In this document: positions 53,981 through 64,000 of the stretch, piece after piece
How positions within the stretch are numbered: the first letter of the stretch is position 1
How the letters are laid out: each line of letters opens with the position of its first letter
Assembly (NCBI GenBank): GCA_016748015.1
Contig: JAAOMT010000494.1
Coordinates: 211,156-275,155, forward strand
DNA from: Geosiphon pyriformis uo1
Lineage: Eukaryota > Fungi > Glomeromycota
Direction: 5' to 3'
DNA length: 64,000 nucleotides
Notes under the pieces: model-generated
What the model saw: only the letters and a program-made list of their open reading frames with translations
Told to the model about the DNA's origin: nothing
The model's database searches: none
Translations under genes and position numbers: made by a program

Positions 53981-56144
53981 ATGGGAGCAATAGTTACCAA
54001 AAAAGTAACAGTCACGAACATTGATCCAAAAGATCCAGCTGAAACCAATTCAATACACGTTATCACACAAAATGGTATAGAAGGTTATTACGAGAAACCT
54101 GGAAAAGGGTTGAATCAACGAAAAAAGCTAAAGAAATTACAGAAACCTGATCCGATCGAGAGGGTGAGGCAAGAGTTGGATTTGGAAAAGACAAACACAT
54201 TTGAATCAATTGCAAGTTGGACGAGTCAGAAAGCTGAAATTGAAAAACCATCAGAGTTGGCGATTGTTTTAATAGGGTAAGCAATGGTTGGTCCTAGTTG
54301 AAAAAATGAGATACGGAAAATATTCCTTCTTGATTTCTTTTTCGTTTACAAATCATCTCTAATCATAGGCTTGGGCTGGGACATTTCTTGTCAGCTCTTG
54401 ATCGATTGATTGTGGCAACGGCATTACCTCGAATTGCTTCAGATTACCATGCATTAAGTCAAATCTCTTGGGTTACAACTTCCTATTTACTCACCACGGT
54501 ACTTAACAATTTTAAATGCTATCACCTCTTATTTCACGATATCTACGTCATTTTATTATTCCCTTTTACCACTCACTTCTGTAATTAATCAATTTTTATC
54601 TGGCTTCAATAATTAGACGGCATTTCAACCAACCTACGGCAAAATTTCGGACATTTTTGGTAGAAAGCAAACATTTTTGTTTGCCATAAGTAATTTTCTG
54701 ATTGGAAGCCTATTATGCGCAATCGCTCCAAACATGGAATCTATGATAGCATTTCGAGCCTTTCAAGGGATTGGTGGAGGTGGTATTGTAAGTTTGGTCA
54801 TGATCATTATTTCGGATATCGTTCCCCTGAGAAATCGACCCAATATTCAAGGTCTTTTTGGGGCTGTCTATGGAATGGCTTCGCTTATTGGCCCTCTCGT
54901 GGGTGGTGCTTTAACTGATCATGCTACTTGGAGGTAATTCTCAAGCTTAACATGAAGTCTTTTTGAACCATCTAAATTTCTAGTAAACCTGAACTTTTTC
55001 ATTCCACTTTTTATCGGATAGAATGTGTTTTTACCTAAATTTGCCAATAGGAGCTCTAGCAATTGGAGCAGTTTTCTTCTTGCTTCGTTTACCCCAGCGA
55101 GAAGGATCTTTTATCGAGAAACTGAACAGGATCGATTGGCTCGGAACTTCGATACTTGTTTTAGCAACTGTTTCACTTTTGCTCCCATTAAGTTGGGGCG
55201 GTGATAGGTATCCATGGAACCATCCAATTATTATCAGTTTACTTTGTTCCGGGACAATTTTATTTATTTTATTCGGAGTTATTGAAGCGCATTATCCGAT
55301 TGAACCAATTTCACCTATTCATTTAATTCTCAATCCTGCAGTCCTCGCTTGTTATGGTGTCAGTATGTGCCATGGGATGATTTTCTTTTCGATGATTTAT
55401 TACATACCTCTTTATTTCCAAGTGGTTAAAGGTGAAACAGCCACAGTTTCTGGTCTGCAATTGTTACCATTTGTTTTAGCTGTTGGATTTGGTTCAATTG
55501 CCTCGTGTCAACTACTTGTACGAACTCAGAGGTTTAAAGCCCAGTATTGTGTTATTATTGGTAGCGCTTTCATGATGCTTGGTGCTGTGTTGGTTTCATT
55601 CTTGACTGAAAACTCGACCCGTGTAGAGCAATCTTTCTTTTTGATTGCTTCTGGTCTTGGTGTTGGATTCATCATGCAAACTATTTTTTTAGTTTCTGTG
55701 GCAGCTGTAGATGATGATGATGTAGCGATCTTAATTTCCCTTTTGAATTTTTTTAGATCAAGTAAGTAGTGAAAATAGAAATAGAAATCTTCATACGCGA
55801 TCATTTGAACCAATATTCTGACTAATTTCATTTATTGCGTTACAGTTGGTGCAATTTTTGGTATCTCAATCGTTGGTACGGTATTCAGAAACGGTCTAAC
55901 AAAACGTATCGTTGAACTCGGGATCAATCTACCTATTCAATCGTTGAAAACTTCAACTACTTTTGTAAAGTCACTTGATAAAAATCAACACAGTTTAGTT
56001 ATACATGCCTATGTTCTCTCTTTACAAACTGCTTTTCGAATATTAATACCATTCGCGGGACTTTGTATACTATGTTCATTGGGACTTTTGAGAACTAAAC
56101 GAGTGCATAAAGATGTTACCCTTGTTAATAATACTATAACGTAA
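53981..56144 (+). CDS. MFS drug:H+ antiporter, DHA2 family; paralogue of 11892-14089; 5 exons
   Basis: LSALDRLIVATALP, QPTYGKISDIFGRK, RAFQGIGGGG, GPLVGG..TWR and YYIPLYFQVVKGETAT, with the same four intron positions as the first MFS gene. Confidence 0.93.
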
Positions 56145-59100
56145 ATATAGAAAAGGAAACATTTAATTTTAAAATTCCCACATTATCATTGTACAACAAA
56201 TTAACAAACATTCAGTGCAAGTTAAGAATGTAAAAGGCTGATGCCAATTTTACCCAATTTTATTTTTTTAAATAGATAATCTCAGCATTTTTTATGTTTG
56301 AGCATAGAAGCCGATTTTTCACCGTTAAATGTAGTTGACAACGTGTTTTAGAGAGTAAATTTTTGAAGGGTTCTAACTTTGTTAGGACTTGCATAAACGC
56401 ATTTACCAAATAGAGTGTTAGACCATGTTTAGATATCAATTCATTCGTAATCATTTATCATCGCCGAAAGGATAATCATCATACATGTACCTGAGAGTAA
56501 GACAATAATAAGTATCAAAAGGTTTTTTCCTTTTTAGATTCTTTAAAAAAAATTTTTCTTGTTTTCCTCATTAATAGCTAAAATGTAAAGATGGTACAAT
56601 AGAATGCATGTGAAAAGTTTGAATTATTGAACTTTTTTATTTTCTTAACCTAATTATTTATTTTAGATCAGGGGAAAAGGAATGGTGTCAAAAATCCTTT
56701 GAAACAAAATTAAGTCTTAAAAAGATGACGTTAAAAATATGATACTTGAGATATATAGATAACAAAGAAAAGATTTGGCTCTTTTCTCTCTTCTTCTCCA
56801 ATTATTTGAAAGAAAAGAAATGATTTAATAATTTGTCATAAAATAGTAAACTTTATTTAGCTGTTTAATTAATGAGAAATAGGAAATAAAATTATGATTT
56901 TTTTTTTTTTTTTCATTTTTTTGAAAATCATAATTTTCTTGAGAATTTCTTTTGATGACAAATTTTTTATTTATCATCAGTTACAATAATTTTTAAGATT
57001 TAAAAAATTTTTATGTTTTTATTAAAAGTTTTAATTATGTTAATTTGATTTTTGTTGATGACTGAATAAAAATTAATTTAAAAAATGAATCGAGATGGCA
57101 ATTGTAAATATTAGATTAATTGTTGCTCTATTTGGTCCTTTTTTTAATATTCACTTAAAAAATTGATTAGTAAAAAAATTAAAAAAAAAAGAAAAAGTTC
57201 TTTTTATCATCTAATGGAACAAATGAATATGAAAAGATCAAAATTAAAAGTGGGAACCGTATTTTTTTTTTCAGTATGGTAAGATCCATCATAAAAAAAT
57301 CGAGAAACTTGAACGAAATTAGGATAGCAAAAATATGGACAGTGGTACGCAAAATTAAAATAGCTTACTTTTAAGGAGTGTCATTACAATATTTACTTTC
57401 AATAATCGAAAAGAATGTAGTTGCCCAAAGTATAAAAATATTGTCTAATTAATTTCTAGCTTGATCGACTGCGTAATTTCTATTTTGAAATTAGACATTT
57501 TGGAAATCGGCTAGACTTTAAAACTTGGAGATCTCTGTAACAAGCCATGCACCAATTGAGCTTATTGTAATTTTGACAAATCGAATAAATTTTTTCTTGA
57601 TATAAATATTGGATTTTTATTTTATTTTTTTTTGCCGAAAGTGTAATAGAATTTAAAGTAAAAAAATAAAATAAAATTTTAATCGATATTTTCTTTTAGC
57701 ATCAGCTTATCGTCAATTTTTTTTTTTAAAATGTTCATTATCTATCAGATTAGTACCCCAATTTCTTCTATAACTCTTTTTTCAACAATTTCCCTTAAAA
57801 CAAAGTTCTTTGCTCTAAATGACTTATCTAACAATATCCCATCTCAGATAACGCCTTTGATTCTGGATGGCTGTGTAAACTAACCCATTATGATTAATAG
57901 AGCTATTTTTGCCATAGTTTTTACTAATTAATAACAGACTACCAAATTTACTTTTGAATTCTAATCTCAACATGTTAAATGAAAAGAACAGATTAAAAAA
58001 TGGTTAATAGTTTTTCATATTAACTCTTTTGTTGCACAAAATCAGAAAAATAAAAATATTGACCATTTATACCTATAATAATATTTTTGCAATAACAGAT
58101 TTATTCACCGTTGTTAATTTGGACAGTTTCTCGAGAAATAAAAGTTGTCATTTTTTGGAATTTTGTTTCGCAGGTTTTATGGATAAAAGATTCGAGTCAC
58201 AAGATCAGGTAAAAATGAAGGTTAAAAATTTTGCAAATTTAAAAAATTAAAATCAATTAAATATATATCTATTTATTTATTTTGAGTTATATTTTTTTAA
58301 TAATCAAGTTTAAATTTAATTATTAAAAATAATTAATAAATTAAATCAATATTTTGGAAAATATGAACTTAACATAAAATGTTTTTCGTTTAACCTAATT
58401 CAAATTTGATTTATTTAACATGTCTCAAAAAATTAATAGAAAACTAAATAATCAAGTCTTTTTTTGTTTGTTTTTTTTGTGCTAATTTTTTTATAAAATA
58501 TATTAAAATATTGTTCCAAAATAAACCTAAAATTAACTTGAACTAAATATCATCAGATTACATAATTTATTAATTAATTTTATTTTAAGTTTCTATATAT
58601 ATATATAAATTATACATATAATATGTGTATTTCTAAAATTACAAAAAACATTTTTACCTAATCTTTTTATAAAAAATAATAATTTAAATAATTTATTTTA
58701 TATATAAATTAAAATTTAAAGTGTACATAGTTATATTTTTTATAAATTCCACCTTTTTATAATTTATTATTAAACAATAGTTTTTAACAGTTTATGTAAA
58801 TAATTTTTTTTTATTTCAAAAACACCAATTTAATTTGTTATTATATAAAAATTTTATTAAAAATAAATTAATAGAATTTGGACTGCACTCGTTAAATAAA
58901 AAAATAATAATAATAATAAAAAATAGAATTTTGGTTAATAACAAAAATTAATACGTTTAAAAATAAGCAAAACTAAATAAATAATAATTAAATAAAAAAA
59001 TTTATTAATAATAATAATAAATTTGTATATATAACGCAATAGTAAATTATTGTAATATAACGTGTTGTAAAAATAATGTAAATAGTTAAAAGAGTAAATA

Positions 59101-59245
59101 ATTAAAATAATAATAATTTAAAAGATAGTTAATTATAAAATAATTTTAATTTATTGATAAAAATTATTAGTTTAATAAACTAAAAAAACTCTTTTTTTTC
59201 TTATTTTTCATAAATCATAATTAGAACAAAGAATAAAGAAAAGTA

Positions 59246-59331
<86 letters not shown>

Positions 59332-59333
59332 TA
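59246..59333. repeat. (ATT)n microsatellite, roughly 27-29 units
   Basis: Nearly perfect TAT/ATT run. Confidence 0.95.
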
Positions 59334-59661
59334 TAGTTTTTTAAAATATTATTAAAAGGTCTTTTTAATTATAAAAACAATTAAACAAACTATTATAAAA
59401 ATACTTTTTTAAAATATTTCTTGTAATTTATTGTTTTTTACAATTATTTTTTATTATTATTACTATCTAAATAATCAAAAAAGTCAAAACAACAAAAAAA
59501 TCTATTTTTTTTTATTTTTTTTTATTACTATTATAAATTAAGAAAACATGCTAATAAATAACAAATAATACAGATATTATATTATAATAAAAATAATAAT
59601 AAAAATTTTATTAAAATAAATGAATTGAATTGAATAAATAAATAATTTAAAAAAAATAAAA

Positions 59662-62600
59662 CTTCTTTCTCTCCTATATCCCAAATTCCCCAAAGAACAC
59701 ATTTTTAAAAGTAGTTTTTTTGTTTTTTGTTTTTTTTACTTGCTATATTTCACTATTTCTCTTACAAATAATCCATTTATTGTGGACCTGGAAGCTGCTC
59801 CTGGCAGTAGTATGTTGAATAAGAAAGCTCCTGTTGGTGCTTTTTCTGGTTCTACTGATGGCCCTTCCTCTCAAAAGAAAAGGATTTCCCTTCGCCATAT
59901 GAATCAGTCTGGTGATAAGAAAAAAGCTGCTTTGGCCAAACCTCATTCTAAAGAAAGTCAATACTCAGATATGAAAAGTGATTCTGGTAACAGTGTTGCT
60001 GGTGACATATTGGTTGGTGGTGGTGATGGTTCTCTCTTCGGCTCAGCTGCAACGACTTCTAAGGCAAAGAGAGTTAAGAATAATTTGGACTGTGGTTCCT
60101 CTTTTGGTTCCTTAGATTATAACATAGACAATAATGATGGTGGTCCCCTCTCTTCTCCTCTTGGTATTTCTCTGGACAGGATTTGATTAGACCCTAAAAT
60201 TATTAAGACTCAAGTTGAAGTAGTGGTTAAGAAATCATTTGCTTTGGATATCAATATATCAAATGTGGAAGACAAATCGGTGATGGTGAAGACTCAGCTC
60301 ATAAGAAAAATTTTCTCAAAAATCAATGGTTTTGGGGGGGCCACTACCCTCTCAAAATTTGAAGGGATCATTAGATCTATGTTCACGTCAGAAGAAAGCA
60401 TGAAAAAAGCTGCATCATTGGCTGGAGAAAATGGGATTATCATAAACACCGATCTCAAGAGACAAGAAGTGTATTTAGATTGGGCTGTGGTTATAAAAGA
60501 GATTCCCATGAACACGCCAAAAGAGATGATTGTCACTGCAGTATCCGAGTATGGTCAGATTGTGTCTATAAAAATTCAGTTAATTGGGCTGTGGCAGAAG
60601 ACTGTGGTGGAGTTTGCCGAATCTAGCCAGGCTGATCTGTTAGCATCAAAATGGTTGTTTCTAATTGGGAAGAATTCTGTGCATGTGGCCAAGGCTGTGA
60701 GAGATCGTAAGACATTGGCTTTTAGAGATCAATTCAGGATGCTTCTGTTCACATTGCCAGTGAGAATGACAGCTCATAATTTTGGAACTCTTTTGGAAGG
60801 AGCCGGTGGGAAAACTTGTGTCATCAATTGTTCATTGGAGACTGGCAATAAAACTTGCTGTGCTGTAGTCTGTTTTGAATCTGATAAAGCTATGGAATCA
60901 GCTTTTTGTATAGAGCCAATCTTTGGTAGTATGAAACTCTCATGGACTAGGTTGGATTTAGTTCGCTGTGAACGGTATGGGAAATTTGGTCATTCTGCCT
61001 TGGAATGTGATGTTGAGGTTGCGTCAGCTTCTCAGTCACCTAAGTCATTTAAAAAGCCTGCTAACTTGGATATTCGTCTCCAGTTGGCCAAATTATATGC
61101 TAAAAAAAGATTCCAATCTCTCGTCCTGTTACTTTTGGAGGCAAATCCTGGGCCCAAGTGGTCTCAGTTGCTTCAGTCTTTCATGGTTCTCGTGATGGCT
61201 CTGGTTCTGGTTCTCTGCCCTTTGGTGCTTCAAGTTCTGGCAGTATTCCTCCCCCTCTTTCTGTGGTCAATCCCTCCTTAGATATATGTTTGACACATCT
61301 GGAATGCTCTGTAGAGCTCTTATCTAATCAAATTTCGAACATTCTTCTTTGTCTTGACAATCTCAGTTTGGTGCCTTCAGCTCCTTCTTCTAGTGTAATT
61401 CCTTCTGTGAGTACTCCTCATCTATCCATTTCTGGTTTTCTTATGGTAGCTGACTCTGACTTGGGTTCCAACATGGTGTTAAATGTTCCTTTGATTCAGT
61501 CTATTTCTCTCTCTTCTGGCAATGACAATTCTCAATTGGGTCTAAGCAGTTCCAAGATGCTGACTTTTAAAATTGGCATTTTAGAGTCGAAGTTGGTTGC
61601 CTTTGATGCCTCCATTGGCTCAATTTTGGTGAAGTTAGAGCAGATGTGTGCTGGTTCAGGTCCTCTGGTCCTCTTCTCGTCTCAATGACTGGTTATATTT
61701 GAAAAATTACTATGTGTAATGTTAGGAGAATGAACAATCCTGCAAAACAGGAGGATATTATTTGTTGACATAAAGAAAGGAACAATATTATTTCAATTGT
61801 TACTGAGACTAAGTTGAAAGATGGGATTTGCTCTTGGATCATGAACAAGTTTATTGGCATTTAGGTTTTTACTTCTGGTTTGAATTCTGGTCACATGGGT
61901 TCTGGGGTCGCAATCATTATAAACAATTTTTTGGCTCAGCATGTGTGTAAGGTTTTGGACATTCCTGGCTGGTTTCTTTCTATTAAGCTTCTCTTCAAAA
62001 ATAAACTGTCTGTGTCAGTTTTGGGGCTGTATGCTGGATCATCTTTGGTGGTATGTTTCTTTTAGGCAGATGATATCAATTTTTTGATTGCAAAGGCAGT
62101 AAATGAGTCTTCCTTCATTATCTTGGGTAGTGATTTCAATGAAGATGGTTCTCACAAAAGTGCCAGCTTCAGAAAATGTTTTGATTTGGGTTTGGTCAAC
62201 TCCTTGGGTGGAAGCTTGTCTGGAAAGGAAGCTACGTGGGCCAATTCTCATAAAGTGGCTAAAATTATTGATTACGTGTTTGTGTCGTCAAGTCTAGTTA
62301 ATGCAATTCTGGATTGTGATGTGTCTGGTGTTGAAGAGTATTTTGATACTGATCATAAAGCTGTTTCTGTTTCCATGGGTCTTGGTGGTTTGCTGGATGC
62401 GCAGTTGACCTTATTGTGCAAACAAGTGAATAAAGATCGTTGGAAGTACAATTTTGTAGATGCTGGTGATACTGAATGGATCAAGTTTAAAGAGGATATG
62501 TCAGCAAATGCTGCCATGTTTCATGATGAATTTTATGCTGCCAAGATGAGTTTGGACCTGGACACAATGTGAAATCACCTTCGTCAAGTGGTGTGTTTGT

Positions 62601-64000
62601 TGGCTGAGAATGTTTTCAAAAAAAAATGGTTTAAGGGTTTTGATAGTGTCTATAATAAAGTATCATCCAGATTTCACAAATTAGAACTTTTGGTGTCGAA
62701 GATTGTCAAAGCCTCTCATCTGGTCGCTCAAGAGGAGTTTGTTTCTCTACTTGATACATGGAAAGAAATTGATCCTGCTAGCTTCTGTTGTGGATTCTCT
62801 GTTTCTTTTGGGTTCTCATTTTGATACCATTCATTCAGCTTTGGCCAAGATCAGGAAATCCTACCATTCATCTAAGTTGTCCGAATTAAACCGTGCCAAA
62901 GAATCTCAGATCAAATTGGCAATTGACAAAAGAATGGAGAGTTTTGAGTTGAACAAAGGTCATACTGTACGTAGTGTTTTGGAGCGACCCTTTTGCAAAG
63001 TGGTTTTGGACTATTTGGTGGTGGGAGATGAGCTGGTGTTGAATCCTGCTCCAGTAAAGTCCAAGGTGGATGAAATTATGGAAGGTTGGACTAGAAAGTA
63101 AAGGGTGGTGCTCAACATTAATGATGAGTGGTCTCACCAGTATCATTCTTTAGGTTATGTTTTCGATGAAGCTTTTTTTGGTGTGATGGGTTTGATCAAC
63201 TTTGACAAACTGTTTGGGGTTGTTTCCAACCTGCCGGATGGCAAAGCTGCTGGCCTTTTAGGTATCTCAAATGAGCTTTGGAAACATTGCAATATTTTGG
63301 TCCTTAATATGCTCTTGGTGCTTTTGAACTCTTGTTTATCTGAGGAATCTGTTCCTGGCTCCTGGAGGAAAGCTTGGGTTTCAATAATTCCCAAACCATA
63401 TGAATGGGAGGGTGTTTTTACAAATACTCATCCTATTGCACTGATTGAGACGGCTCACAAGATTCTCTTCAAAATACTCTTAAACAGGATTTCTTCAGCA
63501 TGCAGCATTCATAATGTCCTTTGCAGTAACAATTTTTTGGTTTTGAAAGATACAATGACACAGTCTCCCATTTTTGCAGTTGGTTTGGTTATTGAGAATG
63601 CTCTGAAAAAGACCCGAGAACTTTAGCTGGTCTTGTAGGATATAAAGAAAGCATATAATTCAGTTGGCTGGGAGCATTTGGAGAAATGTCTGGTCAGAAT
63701 TAAAATGTGCAACAAGTTCATTTGGTTTTTTGGTGGCATTCACAAAGGTCACATTAATTGAGTCATGACAAATTTTGGTTTGACAGATGGTTATCAGGTC
63801 CATAATAGTTTAGATCAAAGAGAGGTCTTTTCCCTTTTTCTGTGGCGCATTTTTTATGGTCCCTTTTTGTGCGAAGTTAAGTGTCAAAAGAGTATGTATG
63901 AATACAAGCTGATTTTTTATTTCATTTCCAAGAGTGGTTGTGTCGAGTCGCAGGCTGGGCTTTCTTCCTGTTTTGCTGCTGGCATCTTTGTTGATGATAC
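59662..64000 (+). mobile_element. Non-LTR retrotransposon (LINE), decayed: ORF1 (RRM-like + CCHC knuckle) and ORF2 (APE endonuclease + reverse transcriptase); truncated by the window edge
   Basis: ORF1 spans about 59800-61688 (VVIKEIP..., CxxYGKFGHSALEC) with a stop and a frameshift. ORF2 starts at ATG 61685 with APE motifs CNVR.MN, TETKL, GSDFN, IDYVF and TDHKAV; RT motifs KAAG..GISNELWK, IIPKP, [R>H]PIALIE, DIKKAYNSV and FVDD at the window end. Many premature stops. The 5' boundary is approximate. Confidence 0.95.

Overview
AT-rich eukaryotic (fungal) genomic DNA with short spliceosomal introns. It best fits an early-diverging fungus (Mucoromycota/Glomeromycotina): the LINE ORF1 resembles a family I recall from Geosiphon pyriformis, which is unverified recall. 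Compact gene islands alternate with multi-kb extremely AT-rich deserts. Genes, spliced by hand: a secreted Kre9/KNH-N + multi-CBM18 chitin-binding protein, two paralogous DHA2-type MFS transporters, an orphan membrane protein, HUA1, a LisH/CTLH/CRA protein head-to-head with a coiled-coil WD40 gene, a single-pass Pro/Gln/Tyr-repeat protein, PLP2, a TPR-metallo-beta-lactamase fusion, a ZNF706-like microprotein head-to-head with PARN, and a ~1800-aa protein. Mobile DNA: a LINE 3' relic at the left edge, two adjacent Tc1/mariner elements (one spans an N gap) and a long decayed LINE at the right edge. Best leads: (1) the ~1800-aa protein looks like a cryptic fungal GAPVD1/Gapex-5/RME-6 homologue (RasGAP-like + VPS9-like) with an added Sel1-like tail; (2) C:G->T:A erosion of the long LINE that includes non-CpG contexts and appears to spare other repeats, possibly a RIP-like defence; (3) the TPR-MBL fusion; (4) the six-module chitin-binding protein with a charge gradient. 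All homology calls come from motif recognition, not from searches.
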